A stretch of 35,899 nt of DNA from Octopus bimaculoides. Lineage: Eukaryota. Below the pieces are notes generated by a model. That model made no database searches, was not told where the DNA came from, and saw only the letters and a program-made list of their open reading frames with translations. Where the stretch lies: contig NC_069005.1 in the NCBI RefSeq assembly GCF_001194135.2, positions 33,315,756 through 33,351,654 of the forward strand, given 5' to 3'. Position 1 is the stretch's first letter, and the number at the start of each line of letters is the position of its first letter. The position numbers and the translations under genes are program-made. Shown piece after piece: positions 24,830 to 34,959 of this stretch.

Positions 24830-25085
24830 AATGATGACGATCGTCATCATCGTCATTCAACGCTCGTTGTCCATGCTGGCATGGGTTGGATGGCTTGGCC
24901 AGGGCTGGCAAGCTGGTGGCGGGCTGCACCAGACTCCGGTCTGATTTGGTGTGGTTTCTACGGCTGGATGCCCTTCCTAACACCAACCACTTTACAGAGT
25001 GTGGTGGGTGCTTTAATGTGGCACTACACAGGCACTTTGATGTGGCACCATGCAGGTGCTTTTATGTGGCATTGCCATGAGTGCT
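24830..25085 (-). mobile_element. RTE-type LINE 3' UTR and tail (antisense)
   Basis: Complement of the 26690-26878 and 6478-6594 type ends (ccatgctggcatgggttgga; ctggatgcccttcctaa; gtgctttta tgtggca units). Confidence 0.75.
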
Positions 25086-25144
25086 TTACACCTGCAGAAG
25101 GATCAGTCTTAACATTTCTGCTGTGGGGTCAGAGTCTTGTTGAG

Positions 25145-25424
25145 TACAACCAGGCACCAGGTATCTTGCTCCTTTGACATCTCACCTGAAAGGTTCAGCA
25201 TCCTGAGGTCACTTTTCAGTACTTCATCCCATGTTTTTCTGGGTCTCCCACTTCCATGTGTTCCATCCACTTTGAGAGATCAGCACTTCTTTATGGAGCT
25301 TTCGGCATCCATCTGCACCACACGACCAAACTAATGCAGTCTTCTCACTTGCACACAGCAACCAATTCCTCTTATGCCTAACTTCTCTCTCAGAACACTG
25401 GCACTCTGTCGAACATGTACATTT

Positions 25425-25426
<2 letters not shown>
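25145..25426 (-). mobile_element. RTE-clade LINE ORF C-terminal fragment
   Basis: Minus strand reads NVHVRQSASVLREKLGIRG...GSGRPRKTWDEV, homologous to 18730-18930. Confidence 0.85.
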
Positions 25427-25463
<37 letters not shown>

Positions 25464-25465
25464 AA

Positions 25466-25642
25466 TATATTTGTCACCTGAATGTGGCTAACCCTTAAGG
25501 GTTGATGACTACTGTAGCTTGTAGCCCCAGGAAGACATCTCCTCCAGCTGGCTATTGACACACTATCTGTGCCCTATCAGTATTTGCAAAGCTACAGTAG
25601 CATCAACCCTTAAGGGTTAACCACATTTAGGTGGCAAATATA
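25466..25642. mobile_element. Small MITE-like element with ~55-bp terminal inverted repeats, each containing the palindrome AACCCTTAAGGGTT
   Basis: 25466-25520 is the reverse complement of 25589-25642 with only a few mismatches and one indel. Confidence 0.8.
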
Positions 25643-25929
25643 CTTCCCGATGTCGTGTGGTTACTGTTTATACCTTGCTCAGAGATTTATTATATATATA
25701 TATACATACCTATTTATCAAGTCATTAAGAACGAAATGTCCGATTTCCTTATACACCAAGTTTGGCAGTTACTTTTACCCTGACGTTTCTTTGTTTTACA
25801 ACATTGAAGAGTTACATCATCACTTTTCGAAATGAAATTCATGGTGTCTAATTATATTGTGGGTTTTCTCTTGTAAATCAATTTTTGCGAATCCATGGAC
25901 GGATCAAAAATTCATGTTGTTTATGATCA

Positions 25930-26155
25930 AACCAGTGCAGTCTTCTCTCTTGCACACTGCATCAATTCTTCTCATGCCCAACTGTTCTCTCAATACACTA
26001 GAGTTCTGTTGCACATGTACACTGGACATTGCCCATCCAGTGGACCATACTAGCTTCATTCCTCTCCAGTCTTTGCATGTCTTCTACATACAGGGCCCAT
26101 GTCTCACTACCATGTAGCATTGCTGCATGTATTACATGCATCATGCAATCTTCAC
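25930..26155 (-). mobile_element. RTE-clade LINE ORF fragment
   Basis: Minus strand reads MLHGSETWALYVEDMQRLERNEASM, homologous to 18627-18710. Confidence 0.85.
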
Positions 26156-26158
26156 TTC

Positions 26159-26194
<36 letters not shown>

Positions 26195-26564
26195 TTGCAG
26201 AGGTAATAGCTTTCTGAATTTTGTCCATTCTATTCGTATTCTAGAATATTCTATGTTGTTGAATGAGAAAGGGAGGAAACTGAATACATTTTCTCAAAGG
26301 TGTGGTCAATAAACTGTGAAAAAATCTATCAGAAAAGGGGTCCCCACCATATTTTTTAGCACATCAAACGATAGAAGGAATGTGTTTACATTGTTATATT
26401 TCTCTCACGACTAGGTTATTTAATATCTAAATTTATTTCACTTAATCTAATTCACATTGAGTTGTGTACAGAATATAAATTGCTTAATTATATAAATTAA
26501 GTCATCCCTCACCCGAGTGAATGCCTAATTTTCATCTGCTCTATATTATGAGTGAATATACTTG

Positions 26565-26878
26565 AGTCAAGTGAAATTGTAGTCATGGCTGATGCCCGTG
26601 CCACCTAACTGGCACACGTGCCAGTGGCACGTAAAAAGCACCATTTGAGTGTGGTCGATGCCAGTGTCACCTGACTGGCCCCCATGCTGGTGGCACATAA
26701 AAAGCACCCACAACACTCTTGGAGTGTTAATTAAGAAGGACATCCAACAGTAGATTGGATTGCCAGATTAGATTGGAGCCTGGCACGGCCTTCTGGCTTG
26801 CCAGTCCTCAGTTAAACCGTCCAACCCATGCCAGCATAGAAAGCAAACGTTAAACAACGATGATGATGATGATGATGA
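26565..26878 (+). mobile_element. RTE-type LINE 3' UTR with tandem units and (GAT)n tail
   Basis: gtgccagtggcacgtaaaaagcaccatttgag as at 19060-19210; terminal aacccatgccagcat...gatgatgat. Confidence 0.8.
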
Positions 26879-28346
26879 TTTTATGCTATTGATTAGGGAA
26901 GAAATCCAGATATGTCTTCTCTCAAGAACAACCAACAAACCATGAAACTATTTCCCAGGGGCCTCTCTCCTCTTTACACTGTACATTAGAAGCATAGAAG
27001 GAATGTTTTTACATTTATAATTTCTCCTACAGCTGGGCTTTATAATATTTAAATATATCATCATCATCATCATCTTTATCACTATCAATCATGGCCTCCC
27101 ACCACACTCACCTCCACTCCCATTCCCCACTTATCTCCTGAGGACATGCCCCAACAACTTTCCAGCCCCCACCCCTCCCTACACCATGTTGGGCAGCCAA
27201 GCATCCCCTCAACAAAACCTGTTTCCACCTCTTCACCACCCTCCACTACCATCCCATCCCAACACTTGTGGCACACAACCACCCTTCAACCACACTGACC
27301 CCACTCTATCTGTATGTGTGGGTGGTGCGTGTATGTGTATATATATATCTCGAGAAAAACAAAGTAGTCAGAATTTTGGATAATCATTTATTCAACACTT
27401 TCATTTTGTTTCAGCTCTATCTATCTATCGATTGATCGATAGATCGATAGATAGATAGATAGATTTACATACCCACACACTCAAACATGTTTTTTTTATA
27501 GGACAATTTACCAAGCCAATGCTACTGAAGTACTGAAGACATCAACTTTAGGGAATTGGAGTCGATTTCCAGAGTTCTAAGGATATTCCAACCATTCAGA
27601 AATCTTCTGGAGGTTTTCCAGCTTTTCCAGAGGTGAGTGTCTTAAAGTCTTCAATGATAGAAGTGTCAGTGTAAGTCTGTGTTTGATCCTTCTTCATTCT
27701 TAATTGATCCCTGTTTGCCACCAACTGACAACCCCTCTAGCTGAAGGGACAAGTAACAATTGAAAGAAGGGTTGTGAACAAAGTATGATGCTGTATGTTT
27801 GTGGAAGAGGCTGGCATCCTAGACCAGGCTTGGGCAGCTCTCTTCTTTGAGAAAAGGGCCACATGAGATATGACTCAACATCAGGCAGGCTGTACTAATT
27901 AAAAAAAAATTAACTTCATTTTTCATTAAACTTACCATTTAGAAAGTCCTGCGGGTTACAGGTTTCCCATAACTGTTCTAAATTTGATGAGACACTTGAG
28001 GTAAAAAGTGAATTAGCTACTCTCACAAGACTTGAACCAACGACCTCTCCTTTGCCAGATGACCAAGTAAATAATCACAGTTACAGCACGTATCATTCCA
28101 TTTCTTTGATTAGGTACTACAAATATATTTTTGTCATTTTAATCTTAGTATTTTATCTCCACAAAATTCCAGGTCCCTCATTTGGTGCTAACATGGTAAC
28201 TTAGTCTAGAAATGCCCAAGTTTTTAGTAGTGAGATGTTACACATTGATTCAATGTTTGTGATAAGAGATTATCCTTTGCAATTTGATTAAGACTTAACC
28301 ATTATAAATTTAATGTAGATTACATTTAATATAATATACACCAGAA

Positions 28347-28540
28347 GGCGGCACTGGCAGAAATGTTAAGCAGTTTTTCGTCTGTCTTTATGTTCTGAGT
28401 TTAAATTCCATCGAGGTTGACTTTGCCTTTCATCCTTTCAGGGTTGATGAATTAAGTACCAGTCACATACTGGGGTCGATCTAATTGACTGGCACCCTCC
28501 CTCCAAATTTCAGGCCTTGTGCCTAGAGTAGGAAAGAATA
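28347..28540 (+). mobile_element. SINE family B (variant 3' end ccctccaaatttcaggccttgtgcctagagta)
   Basis: Central gaggttgactttgcctttcatcctttc...ttaagtaccag shared with 29297-29524. Confidence 0.85.
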
Positions 28541-28755
28541 TTAAGATTGAAAAATATCCATCTTGTTTGTAAAAAATTTTGAACCAAGGTTTGTACCTGC
28601 TAAACAAATTTCCCCACACTTCTGACACTATCAGCTGGCAAGTGACAGATAGAGGGTTCAAATCCCAATTACTTCCTCTTTCAAATATCTAATATCATTT
28701 GCATTAAAATGTTAGTAGTTAATCCAGTTTAATCCTACAACTAATCCCATGGATA

Positions 28756-28920
28756 TCAATGGTTTAGTAATTAATAGATTAGAACTGAATGGGTCTGTAA
28801 TAAGTGGGTCACTGCTTAACGGATTGTTAGTCAATGGTTCAATACTTAATGAGTAAATTTCTTAGTGTCAATAATTAACAAGTCAATTATTTTATGACTT
28901 AATTTGTTATGAGTTAGACA
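28756..28920 (+). repeat. Degenerate 15-bp periodic repeat, about 7 clear units plus several decayed ones; contains a 35-codon ORF 28749-28856
   Basis: Units tcaatggtttagtaa / ttaatagattagaac / tgaatgggtctgtaa / taagtgggtcactgc / ttaacggattgttag / tcaatggttcaatac / ttaatgagtaaattt. Confidence 0.7.
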
Positions 28921-29072
28921 ATACAAAGAATTTAGCTGAAGTTTGGGTAAATTTTGTCTGGTGTTAAGACATAAACTTCTCCACATTTAAGAGCATCATT
29001 TGATCAGTTTTATCAATGCAAGCTGCCATTTTACCAGAGCATTGCTTTTCACTTTGTGTGTGTGTGTGTGTG

Positions 29073-29550
29073 TCTTTTACTTGTTTTGGTCATTGGACTG
29101 CAGCCATGCTGGAGCACCTCCCTGAACTTTTAGTTCAACTCCAGTAATTGTTTATTTTAAAGCCTGGTATTTATTCTGTTGGTCTCTTTTCCTGAACCAC
29201 TAAGTCACGAGGCCTTGGTCAGTAGAAGACACTTGCCCAAAGTGCCAGGCAGTGGGTTTGAACTCAGAAGCATGTGGTTGGGAAGCAAACTTCTTATTTC
29301 TTTATTGCCCTCAAGGGGCTAAACATAGAGGGGACAAACAAGAACAAACAAAGGGATTAAGTCGAATACATCGACCCCAGTGCGTAACTGGTACTTAATT
29401 TATCGACCCCGAAAGGATGAAAGGCAAAGTCAACCTCGGCGGAATTTGAACTCAGAACATAACGGCAGATGAAATACCTCTAAGCATTTTGCCCGGCGTG
29501 CTAACGTTTCTGCCAGCTCACCGCCTTCTTACCAAACAGCCACGTCTGTG
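29073..29550 (-). mobile_element. SINE family A (internally deleted) acting as host for a nested SINE B
   Basis: 29073-29296 and 29525-29550 join into a continuous antisense family-A head. Confidence 0.8.
29297..29524 (-). mobile_element. SINE family B, full length and CpG-rich (young), nested
   Basis: tRNA-like head (ggcggtgagctggcagaaacg...gagttcaaattccgcc); flanked by CTTCTTA at 29290-29296 and 29525-29531. Confidence 0.9.
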
Positions 29551-29987
29551 ATTATATGTGTGTGTGTGTGTGTGTGTGTGTGGACATATGGTAAAAATGT
29601 TCTTGAAATTAAAAAAAGACATCAAAAACCTGACTCAATTCTAAGAATATGGTATTTATTAAACATAAGGAAAGACTGAGACTTTAGAAGTTTCACCAAG
29701 AACAGAATAGCAAGATATTTTTTGGAGCTTTAAAGTTACACACACACACACACACACGTATGCATGCTTAAATATATAGGCACACACCCCCACATATGAA
29801 TGGATATTTTGTTTAACAAAAATTTTCTTCTTTAAATTTCAATTTAGGATTTGGAAGTGGTCCTCCAGCTGATGTCTTTCTGAGACTCACAGCCACCCAG
29901 ATACGCGCACACAGAAATCGTGTATACACACACACACGCACATCAATTGTCCATCCTCATAGCACTGATTGAGTAGCAGCAAGCAGA

Positions 29988-29994
29988 GACGTCA
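29988..29994. promoter_or_regulatory. CRE-like element (GACGTCA) upstream of the aminopropyltransferase ATG
   Basis: 7/8 match to TGACGTCA, in a locally CpG-richer region; function untested. Confidence 0.25.
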
Positions 29995-30051
29995 ACTGAC
30001 CAATTTTGGTGAGAAGAACTTGCCTGGTCAGAAGGGAATGCAACTCGGCAC

Positions 30052-30057
30052 CACGTG
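30052..30057. promoter_or_regulatory. Canonical E-box CACGTG (Myc/Max-type), ~145 bp upstream of the ATG
   Basis: CCACGTG in the CpG-richer 5' region; mammalian polyamine genes including SRM are Myc targets. Confidence 0.4.
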
Positions 30058-30200
30058 TTGCCCGACGGACTACAACACCACCCCCACCACCACTGCTGCC
30101 ACTCGTCATTTGATCAAGGCCGCCACGCCTTCCACTGTTGACTTGCGTTTTCATCTTTGTTGGGAATTTGGTGGCCACATTGAGTTTCGTGATAGAAGCC

Positions 30201-30334
30201 ATGTCTCACGTAGAGAATGGATGGTTCCATGAAATTCACAACTACATGGACCTGGGAATCAGTTTGGCAGTTGAAATTGAAGAAGTTCTCTTCCAGGGCA
30301 AGTCTGATTATCAAGACATCCAGGTATTTCGAAG
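30201..30334 (+). CDS. SRM: Spermidine-synthase-family aminopropyltransferase, coding exon 1 (MSHVENGWFHEIHNYMDLGISLAVEIEEVLFQGKSDYQDIQVFR)
   Basis: gccATG context; GWF.E and S.YQDI.VF motifs; AG|GTGAGT donor, phase 2. Confidence 0.9.
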
Positions 30335-30374
30335 GTGAGTCACTTCCTCTTTCTGCTCTCTCTCTCCCCACTTA

Positions 30375-30449
<75 letters not shown>

Positions 30450-31278
30450 NNNNNNNNNNNNNNNNNNNNNNNNNNNNNNNNNNNNNNNNNNNNNNNNNNN
30501 NNNNNNNNNNNNNNNNNNNNNNNNNNNNNNNNNNNNNNNNNNNNNNNNNNNNNNNNNNNNNNNNNNNNNNNNNNNNNNNNNNNNNNNNNNNNNNNNNNNN
30601 NNNNNNNNNNNNNNNNNNNNNNNNNNNNNNNNNNNNNNNNNNNNNNNNNNNNNNNNNNNNNNNNNNNNNNNNNNNNNNNNNNNNNNNNNNNNNNNNNNNN
30701 NNNNNNNNNNNNNNNNNNNNNNNNNNNNNNNNNNNNNNNNNNNNNNNNNNNNNNNNNNNNNNNNNNNNNNNNNNNNNNNNNNNNNNNNNNNNNNNNNNNN
30801 NNNNNNNNNNNNNNNNNNNNNNNNNNNNNNNNNNNNNNNNNNNNNNNNNNNNNNNNNNNNNNNNNNNNNNNNNNNNNNNNNNNNNNNNNNNNNNNNNNNN
30901 NNNNNNNNNNNNNNNNNNNNNNNNNNNNNNNNNNNNNNNNNNNNNNNNNNNNNNNNNNNNNNNNNNNNNNNNNNNNNNNNNNNNNNNNNNNNNNNNNNNN
31001 NNNNNNNNNNNNNNNNNNNNNNNNNNNNNNNNNNNNNNNNNNNNNNNNNNNNNNNNNNNNNNNNNNNNNNNNNNNNNNNNNNNNNNNNNNNNNNNNNNNN
31101 NNNNNNNNNNNNNNNNNNNNNNNNNNNNNNNNNNNNNNNNNNNNNNNNNNNNNNNNNNNNNNNNNNNNNNNNNNNNNNNNNNNNNNNNNNNNNNNNNNNN
31201 NNNNNNNNNNNNNNNNNNNNNNNNNNNNNNNNNNNNNNNNNNNNNNNNNNNNNNNNNNNNNNNNNNNNNNNNNNNNNN
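30450..31278. other. Assembly gap in SRM-like intron 1 (other gaps: 1865-2338, 5855-6432, 7685-8250, 9050-9316, 13735-13788, 15134-15175, 21767-22135)
   Basis: Runs of N, most bordered by microsatellites. Confidence 1.
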
Positions 31279-31503
31279 CTTCCCATTCAGGGTCATTTGC
31301 ATCTTTGCAGGGTTCATAAAAACTGGTTTTAATGTCATGTTTAGTGGTGAAACATTAAGCAATTTTTTTTATCTAATGCTCCTTTTATTTGTGGTCCATC
31401 AAACTCAGGGTACAGTCCTAGGTATACACTAGCAAGTGCCCAGCAATGCCCATCCCTTATGAAGGGGGAATTTCTGCAAACAGAAAAGTTGATATTTGTG
31501 TAA

Positions 31504-31773
<270 letters not shown>

Positions 31774-31900
31774 TGATGTTACTATTATTATTATTATTAT
31801 TATTAGTGGTGGTGTTACTTTAATTTTATTTCTATCACTTTACTCGTCTCCCTCCCCCCATACACATGCATCCTTATCGTTATTGCTGTCTCATGACCAG

Positions 31901-31993
31901 GTCCTTGTTATCGGTGGTGGTGATGGTGGAGTCCTCCGTGAAGTGGCCAAACACCCAATGGTCAAGCAGATTGTCTTGTGTGAGCTGGATGAA
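31901..31993 (+). CDS. SRM: SRM-like exon 3 ([31 protein letters not shown])
   Basis: accag / GTAAGT splice sites, 93 nt; GGGDGG dcSAM-binding motif. Confidence 0.97.
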
Positions 31994-32348
31994 GTAAGTA
32001 TATATTTTATCTACTTATCTATCTGTCAGTGTCCCCCTTCCCCTTCTCTCTCTCTATATATAAGTTTATCATGCCAAGGACCTATATTCCATTAAGGGAT
32101 GTTTGCATCCTAGTTCTCTGGTTTTTACCAGTGTTCAGAGTAAAACTAAATGCGTTAGTTTTGCATTGATGGAAATGGCTGTTTAAGATATTCATAAACG
32201 AGAAAAAGAAGAAAATGGAGAAATTGACATGCAGATATCAGTTTATTCAAAGATATTCCAAACAATATAATATGATTATTTTGAATATCTTTGAACAATC
32301 TGATGTCTATATGTCAATTTCTCCATTTTCTTCTTTTCCTCATTCATA

Positions 32349-32401
<53 letters not shown>

Positions 32402-32515
32402 GAAATTATAATAAACACAAGTTTATATCCATATCATTTGTTCCTACATACGTTTCATTGTTGTGGTTGTTTGGTAGAATTCTGCTGTATACTCTTCACT
32501 TGGAATGTTTTACAG

Positions 32516-32669
32516 AAAGTTATCGAAGTGTCCAAACAGTTCCTACCAAAAATGGCTCTTGGTTTTAGCCATCCAAAGGTGACTGTGTGTATCGAAGAGG
32601 GCACCAAATACATGCAGCAGACTGAAGATCGTTTTGATATCATTATTAACGATTGTACAGATCCTGTGG
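32516..32669 (+). CDS. SRM: SRM-like exon 4 (KVIEVSKQFLPKMALGFSHPKVTVCIEEGTKYMQQTEDRFDIIINDCTDPV)
   Basis: tacag / GTAAGT splice sites, 154 nt; FD.II.D..DP catalytic motif. Confidence 0.95.
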
Positions 32670-32904
32670 GTAAGTAAAGCCTGTTTATTTTGTTTGTAGA
32701 CTCCCCACACACATGTGCATGTGTGTGTGTGTATATATATTTCAAAAAGTGTCTCCCTTTCACTTGTCAATTCAATTTTATCCAGTAAGATACATCAGTT
32801 CCAATTGTTGGGTTTCTCTTCATATTTTAATAAATCTATTGAGTTCTTTGCTAAACCCTTAAACTAACAGAGAGCCATCTATCCATATGTTTATATATAT
32901 ATAT

Positions 32905-33307
32905 ATTAATTTGAAAGAGACAAGTTCCAAAGTCAATAATACTCCCCCTCATCAAAGCTGACACATCTCTAAACACAGAGGACATATATAAGCCATCATA
33001 AGCATGTGAACACATTATATATATACATATAGTAGTATATAATTCTGTGCCCAAATCAAAGTCAGATAAGTAATTGCATCAATACATACAGATAAATACA
33101 AGCTGATGAGATAACAGTTCACATTTATGAAATTCTTCATCCGACTTTGATTTAAGCATGGAATTACGCTATTATATGTATATATATGTTTTTTATATGT
33201 TATGTGTTTGCATGTTTATAATGGCTTATATGTGCCCTCTGTGTTTAGAGATGTCGGCTTTGATGAGGAGTATTATTGACCTTGGAACTTGTCTCTTTCA
33301 AATTAAT
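32905..33307. repeat. Long inverted repeat (fold-back element): arms 32905-33067 and 33139-33307, ~70-nt spacer, in SRM-like intron 4
   Basis: Outer 41 nt are complementary with a single mismatch; the arms remain alignable throughout. Confidence 0.9.
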
Positions 33308-33386
33308 ACTTTAATCTAAACACTCAATAAAATGAGTCCTACACTGTCATTTCTTGAAAAGAGTTCACCTCTATAAATTTTCATTA

Positions 33387-33426
<40 letters not shown>

Positions 33427-34209
33427 CTGTCTAAGACTCCATAAGTGAGGAAAGTATATCCATTACAGCTGATCTTACCAATCAGTTTCACACAAGCGGT
33501 TCAAAAGAGTATTAGGTAACAGTCTGATTATGTAACCCTGCACTCGTCAGAGGTAGCTGCAATGGAATGAAATATGGCGACTGTTCTCTATTATTTGAAG
33601 TGAATAGACACATCTGGTTTGTGGTTACTGTGAAAAAGTTGATGAAACATTGAGTACGCGATTAAGTTAAGAGTTATGTCCCTTGGTATGTGTGTAAAAA
33701 AAATATTAAAATATACTATTTAAAAGATTTATTCAAATAACCATTGAGTACTTAATGCACTAATTATAAATATCCATTTCTTTGACAATTTGAAATTCAC
33801 TTGTTAAGGATGATGGAAAATACTGTGTTTGATGTTATATGTGTGTGTGTGTGTGTGTATGTGTCTGTTGTGTGCGTATTGAAAACCTGCCATTTATATG
33901 AGCTTAAATGAGTGGATCTCAACCTTTTTAATATCAAAGCTAGATCCAAAGCCTAGATTTTTTTTAGGGTTCTGCACCTAAAAAAAGTAAAACAAAGTAA
34001 AAAAATATCATATTCATAGAAGAAAGGCTGTTGTGGGCCAGTGAAAGGATACTCGAGAGCCACAGTCAAGAACTACTGGCCCACACATAGAGTTCTTGTA
34101 TTCTTTAGTGAGTGCCAGTCTAAAAAGATAGGGGTTTACATGGCAAATACCTCCCACATAGGGTCTGTCCTACAATACTGTGTACTGACCACCATTTCCA
34201 TTATTTCAG

Positions 34210-34293
34210 GTCCAGGCCTTGGTCTTTATTCCAGAGAATTCTATGAAAACATTCACAAAGTCTTGAATCCAGGAGGAATTCTGTGTTCTCAAG
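34210..34293 (+). CDS. SRM: SRM-like exon 5 (GPGLGLYSREFYENIHKVLNPGGILCSQ)
   Basis: ttcag / GTAAGA splice sites, 84 nt, phase 1/1. Confidence 0.93.
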
Positions 34294-34525
34294 GTAAGAA
34301 GTGATGCTGGGATGGCATGGTGGGAAGGGCTAGTGTAGTGTGACAGAGGTGGTGGGGTTGTGTTGATTCATCCTAATTGTGTGTTAATTGATGTTTCCCA
34401 AATTCCCAGTCAAAGCAATGGGGGTGATGATGATGATGATTGTGTGAGTGAATATGTGACTTCTAACTTCAGGTACGTTATCTGTTCTGTGACACACCTG
34501 TAATCACTTCTTATCTCTATTACAG

Positions 34526-34671
34526 GTGAAAGTCAGTGGTTTGATCATCTTCTACTGAAAGACATCATAACATTTGCCAAGGAACTCTTCCCAAGGGTTG
34601 CCTATGCTTATGCACCAATGCCAACCTATTTAGGGGGACAAATTGGTTTCATTCTCTGCAGCAAGAACCAG
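34526..34671 (+). CDS. SRM: SRM-like exon 6 (GESQWFDHLLLKDIITFAKELFPRVAYAYAPMPTYLGGQIGFILCSKNQ)
   Basis: tacag / GTACGT splice sites, 146 nt; PTY..GQIGF.LCSKN motif. Confidence 0.95.
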
Positions 34672-34916
34672 GTACGTTTCTTGTCCATTTTTTTCTTGGG
34701 TTTTGTCAGATTTTAGTTTGTTAAAGTCCCTTGTTTGTTCCCTGATGAGTTGATGCTGTCTACAAGATGATGAAGAAGATATAATCATCAGTTTGACAAG
34801 GCTACACACAAACACATGTATGATGGGCTTCTTTCAGTTTCCTTACACTTACTTGAGTTGCTGCACAGTGGGACTGAATTTGAGGCCACAGGCTTGGAAA
34901 GTGCATGTGTGTATAC

Positions 34917-34954
<38 letters not shown>

Positions 34955-34959
<5 letters not shown>

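Noticed and set aside
27416-27463. DRE-like TATCGATA promoter cluster or hairpin
   Set aside because: It is the junction of (ATCT)n and (AGAT)n microsatellites, with no exact TATCGATA match.
1736-31432. Long ORFs in the track made of X runs or YI/CV/RE/HT dipeptides
   Set aside because: They are translations of N-gaps and (AT)n, (GT)n and (CT)n microsatellites.
31901-31993. Conversion to a putrescine N-methyltransferase-like enzyme
   Set aside because: The Asp of GGGDG that selects decarboxylated SAM is retained; plant PMTs replace it.
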